Assembly (NCBI GenBank): GCA_963730935.1 | Contig: CAVSTP010000004.1 | Span: 1,216,001-1,280,000, forward strand | DNA from: an uncultured Nitrospiraceae bacterium | Lineage (GTDB): Bacteria; Nitrospirota; Nitrospiria; Nitrospirales; Nitrospiraceae | Length of the DNA stretch: 64,000 bases | Direction: 5' to 3' | Shown: piece after piece, positions 19,665 through 29,806 of the stretch | Layout: every line of letters starts with the position of its first letter | Numbering within the stretch: the stretch's first letter is position 1 | The notes under the pieces: model-generated | The model's database searches: none | What the model was told of the DNA's origin: nothing | Seen by the model: only the letters and a program-made list of their open reading frames with translations | Position numbers and translations under genes: made by a program

Positions 19665-21113
19665 TTATGTTCCTGCTGTGCGCCCGTAATCATCTTTGAA
19701 ACGGACGATGTCGTCTTCTCCGAGATACGGGCCATCCTGAACTTCGATGATGTGCAGGGTGTCCTGACCAGGATTTTCCAACCGGTGCTTTGTCTCGACC
19801 GGGATGGCTGTGCTTTCGCCGATCTGCAAGTTAAAGACTTCCTCACCTCGGGTCACCCGAGCGGTGCCGGCGATCACGACCCAATGTTCGCTGCGCTTGT
19901 GGTGGAGCTGTAAGGAGAGCCGGCCGCCGGCGTGGACCGTGACCCGCTTCACCTTGTAGCCCGGTCCTTCTTCGAGAACCGTGTAGGAGCCCCAGGGCCG
20001 ATGCACGGTCAGATGCTCCAAATGCTCCGGAGCCCGCTGCTGCTTAAGAATGTCGACGATCCGTTTTACGTCCTGCGCACGGGACTTCGGACAGACCAGC
20101 GTGGCATCCGGAGTATCTACCACGACCATGTCGGTCAAACCGATCGTCGCTACGACCCGCCGGTCTCCATACACCACAGACCGCTGACTCCCAATATCGA
20201 CGACCCGGCCGACGACGACGTTGCCGGCCTTGTCCTTCGCAGCCACTTCGTCCAAGCTGCCCCAACTCCCGACGTCGGACCACTTGAACCCCACAGGCAC
20301 CATGGCCGCCTTGTCGGACTTTTCCATGACGCCGTTGTCTATCGAGATGGACGGCAACCGGCGATACTCGTCATCGATGGCGCTTTTTGAGGCCTTCTGC
20401 TCCATCAAGCGGCCGATGTGATCAATCCCACGCCCAAGCGCGGGCTGATGACGGCGGATCTCCTCAAGAATCGTCGCAGCGCGCCAGACGAACATCCCGC
20501 TGTTCCAGTAATAATCGCCCGCCTTGAGATATTGCGCCGCCTTGACAGCATCGGGCTTTTCGACGAAGCGGCCTACGCGATAGCCCTTGAGCGTTCCTCG
20601 TTTACCCAGGACCTTCTTGCGGTCCGGCTTGATGTAGCCATAGCCGGTTTCTGGCCTGATCGGCTTGATCCCGAACGTGACCAACAGGCCCTGTTCAGCC
20701 AGTTCGGCTGCCAAGGCCACTGCGGCGTCGAACTCCTTCTGCCCTTTGACAATATGGTCGGCCGGCACCACCAACATGACCGCGTCGGGGTCCCGCCGCA
20801 CCAGTTCCAGAGCCACCAGCGCAATGGCCGGCGCCGTATTCCGCCCTTCCGGCTCGAGCACAAAATTATCTTTCAACGCATCCTTCCATCCACTCAGCTG
20901 CACCCGGATGGATTCGGCCTGAGGCGGATTCGTGGAAATAATGACTCGCTCCGGCGGGGCCCCGGTCACGACCCGTCGCATAGTCTGTTGGATCAGCGTT
21001 TCGTCGCCGATGATCCTCAGCAATTGTTTCGGAAACAGCTGCCGGCTCAGCGGCCAAAACCTCGTGCCGCTGCCCCCGGCCATAATCACCGGATACACGG
21101 TTGGCATGTTCAT
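19665..21113 (-). CDS. manC: Mannose-1-phosphate guanylyltransferase/mannose-6-phosphate isomerase
   Basis: GGSGTRFWPLSR, EPEGRNTAPA, FVEKP, WNSGMF, WSDVGSW, RPWG, HHKRSEHW. Confidence 0.96.
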   Translation of the reverse strand: MNMPTVYPVIMAGGSGTRFWPLSRQLFPKQLLRIIGDETLIQQTMRRVVTGAPPERVIISTNPPQAESIRVQLSGWKDALKDNFVLEPEGRNTAPAIALVALELVRRDPDAVMLVVPADHIVKGQKEFDAAVALAAELAEQGLLVTFGIKPIRPETGYGYIKPDRKKVLGKRGTLKGYRVGRFVEKPDAVKAAQYLKAGDYYWNSGMFVWRAATILEEIRRHQPALGRGIDHIGRLMEQKASKSAIDDEYRRLPSISIDNGVMEKSDKAAMVPVGFKWSDVGSWGSLDEVAAKDKAGNVVVGRVVDIGSQRSVVYGDRRVVATIGLTDMVVVDTPDATLVCPKSRAQDVKRIVDILKQQRAPEHLEHLTVHRPWGSYTVLEEGPGYKVKRVTVHAGGRLSLQLHHKRSEHWVVIAGTARVTRGEEVFNLQIGESTAIPVETKHRLENPGQDTLHIIEVQDGPYLGEDDIVRFKDDYGRTAGT

Positions 21114-21655
21114 CGGATTTTGCCCCCGATGGCATTGACCGATTTGTGCTGAGCCCCAAGAATCATTTCGATGATTTCACGCACGGCCCCCTCGCCGCCT
21201 TTCTTTGCACAGACATAGTCCACTACCGCTACCGCTTGAGGCATACCATCCGCAGGCGTGGCGGAGAACCCGACCGCCTTCAAGGTGGCGACATCGTTCA
21301 CGTCGTCTCCAATGTAGGCCACTTCTTCCATGGCAAGCCCGAGTCGTTCCACCATCTCACGAACCAAGGTCAGCTTGTCCATGATGCCCTGGTGCACCTC
21401 CGGAATCATGAGCTTTTCCCCTCTCCGCGCCACCAGCTTCGTGCGCTCCTGTGTCACGATGGCGGTGATAATGCCCGCCCGCTGCAGGAGCTTGATGCCC
21501 ATACCGTCCCGGGTATTGAATTTCTTCAGTTCCTCCCCGGACTCCGAATAGTACATGCCGGCATCCGTCAACACACCGTCCACATCGGTGGCGAAAAGAC
21601 GGATTCGTTTCAGAGTCGATGCCAAGGCCTTTCCCGGGCGCTTTCTCGTAGTCAT
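21110..21655 (-). CDS. kdsC: KdsC/YrbI-family HAD phosphatase
   Basis: DVDGVLTD, FNTRDGMGI, YIGDDVND, GGEGAVRE; alternative start 21694. Confidence 0.85.
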   Translation of the reverse strand: MTTRKRPGKALASTLKRIRLFATDVDGVLTDAGMYYSESGEELKKFNTRDGMGIKLLQRAGIITAIVTQERTKLVARRGEKLMIPEVHQGIMDKLTLVREMVERLGLAMEEVAYIGDDVNDVATLKAVGFSATPADGMPQAVAVVDYVCAKKGGEGAVREIIEMILGAQHKSVNAIGGKIR

Positions 21656-21751
21656 AGGTCCTTGATCCCTCTGTTGGGTCTGCTCTAGGGCCATCTTACT
21701 GGCTCAGGAGCACAGTTCAAAACAAAAAATTAAGGGGGGGGTAGGCGTGGA

Positions 21752-22600
21752 TCAGGCGGGCGAGAGGGGATGGGAGATGCTCTTCATGAATCTGAACAGG
21801 GCATCCTGCCAATCGGGCAGTGCGGAGTACTGCGTCGCAAACCGGTCGTGAGAGAGCACCGAATAGGCGGGCCGTTTCGCCGGCCTTCCGGCTTGAGCCG
21901 TCGTGATCGGCCGAACCGCGGTCTTTATCGCTGTCTGACTGACAATCGCTTGGGCGAATTCATACCAAGAGCAGTCGCCGCTGTTGGTCACGTGACAGAT
22001 CCCCCGAAGATCACTCGTGGCGAGCCGCTTGAGCGCATGAGCCAAATCTTCGGCATAGGTCGGACAGCCTCGCTGGTCGGCCACAATCTCGAGCTCCGGC
22101 CGCTCCTCTGTCAGACGCATGATCGTCTTGACAAAATTGTTGCCGTCATGACCAAACAGCCAGGCGGTCCGCACCACGAGACCATCCGGACAGAGCGTCA
22201 ACACCGCATGCTCACCTTCGTATTTTGAGAGGCCATACTGGTTGAGCGGGTGAGGCTGGTCCTGCTCATGGTACGGGCTTGTCTTCATCCCATCAAAGAC
22301 ATAGTCGGTGGACAGGTAGATGAGACGAGCGTTGAGCGCTTTTGCCGCCTGCGCCACCCGCCTCGTCCCTTGCGCATTGACGGCGTGAGCCTGCTCCGGA
22401 TCACGCTCAGCCTGATCCACGCTGGTATAGGCTCCGACATGCAGGATGATGTCGGGGTTTGCCCGTCTAATCTCGTCTTCGCACGCGGGGTTTGTGAGAT
22501 CGAACTCAGGCAGGTCTTTCAGGACGAGGTCCTGCCCTGCCAGAATCCGCTTTAACGCGCTCCCCAACTGTCCCTGTGATCCGGTGATTAGGATCCGCAT
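21752..22600 (-). CDS. rfbD: dTDP-4-dehydrorhamnose reductase
   Basis: GSQGQLG, STDYVFDG, YGLSKYEGE, DQRGCPT, AKRPAYS. Confidence 0.95.
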   Translation of the reverse strand: MRILITGSQGQLGSALKRILAGQDLVLKDLPEFDLTNPACEDEIRRANPDIILHVGAYTSVDQAERDPEQAHAVNAQGTRRVAQAAKALNARLIYLSTDYVFDGMKTSPYHEQDQPHPLNQYGLSKYEGEHAVLTLCPDGLVVRTAWLFGHDGNNFVKTIMRLTEERPELEIVADQRGCPTYAEDLAHALKRLATSDLRGICHVTNSGDCSWYEFAQAIVSQTAIKTAVRPITTAQAGRPAKRPAYSVLSHDRFATQYSALPDWQDALFRFMKSISHPLSPA

Positions 22601-22605
22601 GACGG

Positions 22606-23628
22606 CTATGCCGAAGAACCTTCCCTCAGACGTTTCCCATACATCGCTTCGTAATAAGCACGGAACTCTCCCGATTTGATCGACCGCCACCAGGACTCGT
22701 TCTTTCGATACCACTCCACGGTGGCCTTGAGCCCATCGTTGAGCGGAACCGTGGGCTGCCACCCTATCTTCGTCAACTTCCGTGAATCTACGGCGTAGCG
22801 CCGGTCATGGCCGGGCCGGTCTTCGACAAATCGGATCAGAGACTTGGGTTTTCCCAATAGCGACAAGAGCTGTTCAGCCACGTCGAGGTTTTCCCGTTCA
22901 TTGCCTCCGCCGATGTTATAGATCTGTCCAGGCTCACCGTCGCTTAGGACTCGCTCAATGGCGGCACAGTGATCCTCAACCGCCAACCAGTCGCGCCGTT
23001 GGCGACCATCGCCGTATAGGGGCAAGGGCTGATCGTCTATTGCGTTCGTTACGAACAGCGGGATGAATTTTTCCGGATACTGGTTGGGCCCATAGGTGTT
23101 GCTTCCTCGCGTCACCATGACGGGAAACCGATAGGTGGTCCAGAAGCTCAAGGTCAGCAGATCACCTCCCGCTTTGCTGGCCGAGTACGGGCTCCTCGGG
23201 ACGAGTCGGTCCTCTTCGGTGGACGTCCCCGTTTCAACCGATCCGTACACCTCATCGGTGCTCACCTGGACAAATCGTTTTACGCCGGCCGTGCGCGCTT
23301 CTTCGAGCAAGACCCCGGTTCCTACGACATCAGTGTTCGCAAAACTGCCCGGGTCCAGAATGGACCGGTCGACGTGCGTCTCAGCGGCAGCATTGATTAC
23401 GCCTTCGATCTGATGCTCTTCCAACAATCGTTTGACGAGCGCTTGATCGGCGATGTCGCCATGGACAAATCGGTATCGAGCATGCCCGTTGAGATCCTGC
23501 GTATTTGCGGGATTGCCGGAATACTTGAGCGCGTCGAGATTTACGACCTGGTGGCCGTCTTGGATCACCAACCGCCGAACGAGATGCGAGCCGATGAATC
23601 CCGCTCCTCCCGTTACCAGAATGTTCAT
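22606..23628 (-). CDS. rfbB: dTDP-glucose 4,6-dehydratase
   Basis: GGAGFIG, AAETHVDRSI, STDEVYG, SPYSASK, QYPEKFIP, DRPGHDRRY. Confidence 0.96.
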   Translation of the reverse strand: MNILVTGGAGFIGSHLVRRLVIQDGHQVVNLDALKYSGNPANTQDLNGHARYRFVHGDIADQALVKRLLEEHQIEGVINAAAETHVDRSILDPGSFANTDVVGTGVLLEEARTAGVKRFVQVSTDEVYGSVETGTSTEEDRLVPRSPYSASKAGGDLLTLSFWTTYRFPVMVTRGSNTYGPNQYPEKFIPLFVTNAIDDQPLPLYGDGRQRRDWLAVEDHCAAIERVLSDGEPGQIYNIGGGNERENLDVAEQLLSLLGKPKSLIRFVEDRPGHDRRYAVDSRKLTKIGWQPTVPLNDGLKATVEWYRKNESWWRSIKSGEFRAYYEAMYGKRLREGSSA

Positions 23629-23913
23629 GAGTGCGTCTCAGTGCAACTTATTGACCGCTTTGTCATTGGGGTGGATCGTCCTGGGCTTAGCCGCACCATA
23701 ATAGTCGCTTCTGAGCAACACCTACTAGGATCGAAGCAACTCATTCGAGCCTAGTCGTTCTGAGTGCCCTGTCACTGATTGTTAATCGAGAATCGCACCG
23801 ACCGTCAACGCGAGGCTTTCCTTCGAGTCCCATGTTTCCGCTTTACACAGCACAAGGAAAGGAAAAGTCGCCTTACGAGGTAGGGGTTTCTATCATCAAG
23901 GAGCTCGTAACCG

Positions 23914-25119
23914 TCACATCCCTTTTTCGTCGGTTCGAGCATTCACGACTTGTCTTCTTCTATTTCGGGCTGCTAAACGTGGCCACACTTGGTTGGTCTC
24001 GGACAACGTTTCTGAGGTCTTAGGCTTCATCCGCAAAAGAACGCCAGCATCCAGCGGATCCTGATACTGCGTGGGTTTCGCGTTAGGCTCATTTCGCATA
24101 AGGAGCAGCCTCAAAAACAATAAGAGCTTCCTCAAGAGGCCTTGCCGGCGAAGAGGCAATCGATGAATCGTCCATAAGCGGCGCACGGTACCCTGTCCTG
24201 AACAAGAAACAAAACCGTCAAGCAGTTCCAAACTCTCACTTGAGCAATTTACTTTTTTCCCTCTAATACGTTCACTGAGAACCTTTGCTTGGCCAATTGG
24301 TCCCAACATGTAATCCTGGATTTTTGATAGACGCTTTCGAACGGCGGAGAGATTCACTAGCCTGTCCACCGTCAGAGCTCCAATCTGATTTGTTGAATGT
24401 TGGCGGTATTGAACAAGTGGTTCATCTATGTAACCAATTCGACCACACGCAGCGGCGCAGATTGCCAACCACCAATCGTGCAGAACGACCTCATCAGGAA
24501 TAGGAGTGACGAATTCCAAAAGATCGCGATTGATGACGACAGCACAACCGGTGACGAGGTTCTGAGTCAAGAGAACGTGTATGGGATTCTGAGACTCATG
24601 CCTTAGTTTTTCATAACGCATGAAGGACGGATGTATTTGATGGAGCTCTTCATCGACTACTTCCAAATCTGAGTAACATAACAAAGGCGTACCAGGTGCA
24701 TATTGTCTCTCCATTTCCTGTAGAGACCGAAGCTGGCGTGCAATCTTATGAGGTCGCCAAATATCATCCTGATCGGAGAAGAAAATTGCATCAGCGCCTT
24801 CCGCTAATGCCACCTGCATTAACGCGGCGAAGTTCTTAGTCGTTCCCCTGCCCTCGCGTTCATCATGGAGAAGCCGTATACGGGTGTCCCTCGCAGCAAA
24901 GTCTTCGATAATATCTTTTGAATGATCATCCGATCCATCATCTCTGACCAGCAAAGTCCAATTCGAAATTGTTTGTCCTTGAATGCTCTGGATTTGTTCA
25001 GATAAATACTTTTCCCCATTGTAAGCAGCTAACAGGATAAGGATCTTCTTCCTTTCCCCGCGTAACTCCAAGGCTTCGATCGGATTTTGCATGTGAACAA
25101 GATTGGCGTTTGAGAACAC
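23914..25119 (-). CDS. GT2 glycosyltransferase (RgpB-like putative rhamnosyltransferase)
   Basis: YNGEKYL, RDDGSDD, FSDQDDIW, VTGC, HDWW, YRQHSTN; start uncertain. Confidence 0.88.
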   Translation of the reverse strand: MFSNANLVHMQNPIEALELRGERKKILILLAAYNGEKYLSEQIQSIQGQTISNWTLLVRDDGSDDHSKDIIEDFAARDTRIRLLHDEREGRGTTKNFAALMQVALAEGADAIFFSDQDDIWRPHKIARQLRSLQEMERQYAPGTPLLCYSDLEVVDEELHQIHPSFMRYEKLRHESQNPIHVLLTQNLVTGCAVVINRDLLEFVTPIPDEVVLHDWWLAICAAACGRIGYIDEPLVQYRQHSTNQIGALTVDRLVNLSAVRKRLSKIQDYMLGPIGQAKVLSERIRGKKVNCSSESLELLDGFVSCSGQGTVRRLWTIHRLPLRRQGLLRKLLLFLRLLLMRNEPNAKPTQYQDPLDAGVLLRMKPKTSETLSETNQVWPRLAARNRRRQVVNARTDEKGM

Positions 25120-25391
25120 AACTTATATTGTTGCTTATTAGTTTCTAGATATTCAACCTTAAAAAGCCGCACGTTATCCAGGCGAAAACATGTGCTCCCA
25201 GAGCATTTCAAAAACTAAAGAGCCCGGCGCTTCCCGTCTACCAACCTCCAGCAACTATCGACGATATATGGATTGGCTGGGCGGTTCGTTCTTATACATG
25301 GATTTAGATGTTCCAGGTGATTAGCGCTATCGCGGTAGATAGGGCACCCTTTTTATCATTAACTCCACGGACAAATACCCGAATCAGCTCA

Positions 25392-26372
25392 CTAAGTACT
25401 ATCCACCGGAAACAGCCTCTTTGACGTTTGACACGATTGAGTTTTTTGCAAGGTCACAAAAAACTCACAACCAACTGTTTCGAATTCAGCTTTTATATCA
25501 AAGCGAATCAATCCGAGCGCTCGAAGGTCGTAAACTATTGCTCGGAAACTTGCTGGGGTGAATCGCCAATTATGAATATCAAAGTATCCATCCGTAGTTC
25601 GTGCTTGTTGCCAGTTTTTTATCGCGTCGGAAAAATCATGAACAAACTCGATTGTCCCTCGAGTATCGGCATCCCAAGCGATTTGTCCATTTCGCTTCGT
25701 TGCTCCTGCAAAATGGTCAAAGACCTTACCCGGTGATGGACGCCTTCTCTTTTGATCGTAGGCATCCAAGAGTTCACCGGTAGAGGTAGGCCCATGGAGA
25801 TAGTCGAAACAATATTGTTTATCAGGAACAATTAATGATAGTACTCCGTCATCTTTAAGCAATTCTTCGCACTCTCCAAGGAAGGAAATCAAATCTGGCC
25901 TATGCTCAATGACATGACTGGCAATAATCCAGTCATAACAGCCTTTACGGCCTATTAATTGAGCCACTGGCTCACCGCGCCAGACAAAATCCACCTCCTC
26001 AATGTTTGCAAGGTTGACACCATGCCCCATATATTTTACGCGGAGTTCCTCGGCGCTGGCATGATCCAAAATATGGACATTAAATCCCTCTTTCTTTGAC
26101 GCGATGGGACTGTAGCTTGGACCGACCTCCAGTCCTAAGCCGTTTCGATTGATCATGACCAAGGCCTTTTCACGTCTTTCGTGCAAAGGTTCTTGTTCCC
26201 CCTTAAATATCTTTCTCAGTCTCTTAAGTCCCTTCCATCTCTCCCGCTTTAAGATAGCCACCACTTTCCAGAGAGCCGGTTTCACTCCTCCACTACGGCG
26301 TACCGAGATGTTGAGAACCTCCTTTAGCCGGCGCAATTTATTTGAATTGGACGATTCAACTGAGAGGGACAT
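25392..26372 (-). CDS. SAM-dependent methyltransferase-domain protein with basic N-terminal helix
   Basis: GLEVGP, YDWIIASHVIEH, LIVPDKQYCFD. Confidence 0.75.
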   Translation of the reverse strand: MSLSVESSNSNKLRRLKEVLNISVRRSGGVKPALWKVVAILKRERWKGLKRLRKIFKGEQEPLHERREKALVMINRNGLGLEVGPSYSPIASKKEGFNVHILDHASAEELRVKYMGHGVNLANIEEVDFVWRGEPVAQLIGRKGCYDWIIASHVIEHRPDLISFLGECEELLKDDGVLSLIVPDKQYCFDYLHGPTSTGELLDAYDQKRRRPSPGKVFDHFAGATKRNGQIAWDADTRGTIEFVHDFSDAIKNWQQARTTDGYFDIHNWRFTPASFRAIVYDLRALGLIRFDIKAEFETVGCEFFVTLQKTQSCQTSKRLFPVDST

Positions 26373-26395
26373 TTTTAGAGGCAGATCGCGTTTAA

Positions 26396-29300
26396 CTAGT
26401 AGCGGAGGTCCACACGTGGCGGCCATGCCAAGCTGAAATCCTCTAACTTGAGGGTTAAGTTTGGGCTGTAGGCCGGGTCTCGAAGGAGCACATCACCCCA
26501 ACGTTCGTTCAAATATTGCGCTTCCTTCTGAAATCGTAACTCCTTTTCCGGAGTGTTCTCATATCCTCTCGTTGCTGATTCGTGGTGATACAGCTCCGCA
26601 TAAGGAGTCCACACATTGCGATAACCGGCTTCGCGGACTCGTAGACAGAAATCAATGTCGTTCAAAGCCACTTGAAGGGATTCGTTGAATCCGCCTACCT
26701 TGTCGTACACTTCCTTTCTAATTACGAGACATGCAGCAGTCACAGCCGAAACCGATTGAGTCAGTTTCGCACGATGAAAATACCCGCTCAGGTTGCGCGG
26801 GAGCCGTTTGTGCGCATGCCCCGATACCCCATTAATACCAAGTATCACACCTCCGTGTTGAAGCGTCCCATCGGGATATAGCAGTCTGGCCCCGACGGCT
26901 CCGACATCCGGCTGAAGTGCATGGCTCACCATTTCGGAGAGCCAGTCCGGCGAAATGACTTCAATGTCGTTATTCAGAAGCGCCAAGAGGGTGCCGTGTG
27001 CCAGTCTGGATGCGGCATTATTGAGCGCCGAAAAGTTAAAGGGACGATCGTCTCGAAGGACCCGTATGTTTGACTGGCACTCCAGCGATGTGAGGTAGTT
27101 GAGTGTCTCGCTTTGGTCTGATCCATTATCCACGATGATGATCTCGTAATTGTAATAGGTCGTTTTCTTAAGCACGCTCGTGATGCATCGTCGTAGTAAG
27201 TCGAAGCCGTTTCTCGTAGGAATAATCACACTGACTAATGGAAGGTGTTCAGGCAATTTATAACGAATCCGATGCATCATGAAATCATTCAATGGCTCTA
27301 CCCAACCAGCGATGCCTCTCCGCTCTAAATGTTCGTTAATCGCTTTCTTCCCGGCCTTAAAGGCGTAAGGTTTTGCAGCCAATCCTGCCGCCGTACTTCC
27401 CCGATGCATACGCCAGTGATACAGCACGCGCGGAATGTGGATGATCTGTTTGGGCGTAATCCGCTCGATACTTCGGAGAGCCAGATCGTAGTCTTGAGCT
27501 CCTTCGAATCCCCGCCGAAAACCGCCCAGCTCTCTGACCATGGCTGTCCGATAGACGCCGAGATGACAGATCATGTTGTGGGAAAAAAAGAGCTCGGGAT
27601 TCCAGTCGCATTTGAAATATGGAGTGGACCGTTTCCCTTCCAAGTCAATTTTATCTTCATCCGAATAAATCAATTCCGCGTCCGGATTGTTCGCGATCGC
27701 ATCGGCGACCCAAAACAGTGCATGTTCAGCAAGGACGTCGTCATGGTCCAGTAGGGCGAAATATTCACCGGTTACCGCCTCCAACGCTGTGTTCGACGCG
27801 GCAGAAATATGCCCATTGGTTGGTCGGAAGATCACTTTAATCCTTGAATCTTCGGATGCATATCGCTCTAGCGTGGAACGTACGCGAGGATCGGTCGACG
27901 CATCGTCTGCAATACAAAGTTCCCAATAGGGATATAATTGCCCTCGGACGGATTCGATGGCTTCAACGAGCCATTGGGTATTCGTGTTATAGACAGGCAT
28001 AAGCACCGAGAGGAGCGGCCTGCGTGCTAATCCTTCAACACGCCTGCGTATGCCGGATCGAACGTCGTCGGTGATCGCATCGTAGCAGCGCATCCAGTCG
28101 TTATACTGCTTGTGTTCAATCCGAATGGAAGCCCATTTTTGTATGAGCCCCTTCAATCCCTCACGCTTGAGAAGCCGCACCGTCTTAGCAAGAACCAGTT
28201 TGACCCCGCCGCTACGGCGAAACACCGCCGTGATGGTTTGATTAGCGGTCCTGCCCGCCCTCACCACTCTCTTCAGGGATGATACAGTTCGACTTGCGCG
28301 AGTCGACGCCAGGAACGCGCGAGCCGTTCTCAGGGGTTGAGTAAGGCGCCAAGACGTTGAAGCAAGCAGGGATTGGATCTCTTTGTCGCGTTCAGCGATG
28401 GCCCGTCTCAGGGTGACCGTCGCACCATCGATTCCTTGCTCCAATCCTTTGACACGCTGATGCATAAACTCGATGTAGCGTGCATGCTCGATGAATAGAT
28501 CTCCGGTCGAACATTCGGATCGGCGCTTTCCCAAATCAGCCAACAATCGCAACTTGCGCGCAAGCCGTAAGGGCACAGGCTCATTGAGATTTTCTCTCTG
28601 CCAAATGGCAGACGATAACCCAGGATCGAAGCTGGCACACGCAACCTTGTAAAGCTGTTCCAATCCCCTCGCTTGCGATTTGACGTCAAAATACTGCTCG
28701 GCCAAGAGGCGGCCCGCCCGTCCGATCGCGTCAGCTTTCTCAGGGTCGGAGAACAACTCTATACACTTGTCTGCAATTTCTTCCGCACTTCCAGTGCGCA
28801 ACAGGACCGCGTTGATTCCATCAGCGAACAAGTGGGCAATGTTGACGTCCGGAATGACGACAGGGCGAGCCATTCCTAAAAATTCAGGAATCTTTCCCGG
28901 CAGACGAAGATCCTCAAACGGATCAATTTCGCCAGGCTGCACGAACACATCGGCGAGAGACAAAATGCCGGGCAGTTCAGCTTTCGGCACCAAACCAAGA
29001 TCGCTGATCTTGGATCGGCTTTCCGCGGTGAGTGTGTCAAGAAAGTCCAGCGGGCGAATGCCGGTGCGCAACAATCTGCACGGATATCCACGATGATTGA
29101 TGATGGCGATTGCTTTGCAAAGCTTCTCGATAGCAGACTTTTTGAATTGATCGACGCCGCCATGATACACGATGACCCGCTCCGTCTCGCCAACGCCGTA
29201 TTTCTTTCTCAAACGTGCATCCGGCTGCTGCGGAGAGAACAATTGAAGGTCTACGCCGATCATGACGGTCTGACAGTGGACCCATGGCGGCACCTCATTT

Positions 29301-29791
29301 TTTAACTTCTCTTGAATCACCGCCACCGCATCGGCAAGGCCTATGAAGCTGGGATAGCGGAAAGGATGAGACAAGCCGTCTGGCAGTACCTGGGCAATGG
29401 TGAGATCGGTCTCCCCTCCCAGCGTCTTCTCCTGCAGCCCCAACTCATGGAGAGCGATCCAGCGTTCATTGTCTTCCAGATATACGACTAAGGGTGTGGG
29501 AAATTTGGCCAGGTAGGACGTCACGAATCGTCGCACGACTTCTCGAGGGGTGCAGGCATGAATGACATCGGCGACGCGGCCATCCGGAAAGACGGCCGTC
29601 GGCTCGGCCAGTACGTCCTCGTACAGAGCTGGTCGGAACGTGGGGTTCGCGTAGAGACTAGCCGTGTCGAGACCGCTTGGTACCGCAATCGCGCAATGGT
29701 GTCCTGCTGAACGAAGCTCACGCGCGTAAAGCGTCAAAGGATTGGCACTATTGCTGGTGAAATTCCCGTATAGGACGAACAGAATATTCAT
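26396..29791 (-). CDS. Multidomain glycosyltransferase (GT4-like + coiled coil + two GT2), probable ABC-pathway polymerase
   Basis: PGKIPEFL (GT4-like); SWRLTQPLR; SVLMPVYNT/DDAS/LDHDD/GAQDYD; SVIIPTRN/VDNGS/FNFS/LNND/NDIDFCLR. Confidence 0.9.
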   Translation of the reverse strand: MNILFVLYGNFTSNSANPLTLYARELRSAGHHCAIAVPSGLDTASLYANPTFRPALYEDVLAEPTAVFPDGRVADVIHACTPREVVRRFVTSYLAKFPTPLVVYLEDNERWIALHELGLQEKTLGGETDLTIAQVLPDGLSHPFRYPSFIGLADAVAVIQEKLKNEVPPWVHCQTVMIGVDLQLFSPQQPDARLRKKYGVGETERVIVYHGGVDQFKKSAIEKLCKAIAIINHRGYPCRLLRTGIRPLDFLDTLTAESRSKISDLGLVPKAELPGILSLADVFVQPGEIDPFEDLRLPGKIPEFLGMARPVVIPDVNIAHLFADGINAVLLRTGSAEEIADKCIELFSDPEKADAIGRAGRLLAEQYFDVKSQARGLEQLYKVACASFDPGLSSAIWQRENLNEPVPLRLARKLRLLADLGKRRSECSTGDLFIEHARYIEFMHQRVKGLEQGIDGATVTLRRAIAERDKEIQSLLASTSWRLTQPLRTARAFLASTRASRTVSSLKRVVRAGRTANQTITAVFRRSGGVKLVLAKTVRLLKREGLKGLIQKWASIRIEHKQYNDWMRCYDAITDDVRSGIRRRVEGLARRPLLSVLMPVYNTNTQWLVEAIESVRGQLYPYWELCIADDASTDPRVRSTLERYASEDSRIKVIFRPTNGHISAASNTALEAVTGEYFALLDHDDVLAEHALFWVADAIANNPDAELIYSDEDKIDLEGKRSTPYFKCDWNPELFFSHNMICHLGVYRTAMVRELGGFRRGFEGAQDYDLALRSIERITPKQIIHIPRVLYHWRMHRGSTAAGLAAKPYAFKAGKKAINEHLERRGIAGWVEPLNDFMMHRIRYKLPEHLPLVSVIIPTRNGFDLLRRCITSVLKKTTYYNYEIIIVDNGSDQSETLNYLTSLECQSNIRVLRDDRPFNFSALNNAASRLAHGTLLALLNNDIEVISPDWLSEMVSHALQPDVGAVGARLLYPDGTLQHGGVILGINGVSGHAHKRLPRNLSGYFHRAKLTQSVSAVTAACLVIRKEVYDKVGGFNESLQVALNDIDFCLRVREAGYRNVWTPYAELYHHESATRGYENTPEKELRFQKEAQYLNERWGDVLLRDPAYSPNLTLKLEDFSLAWPPRVDLRY

Positions 29792-29806
29792 GCGCGTTCA
29801 GATCGA

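Noticed and set aside
23914..24100. Atypical C-terminal tail of the GT2 protein as a fused domain
   Set aside because: No recognisable motif; more likely stop-codon drift at the island edge
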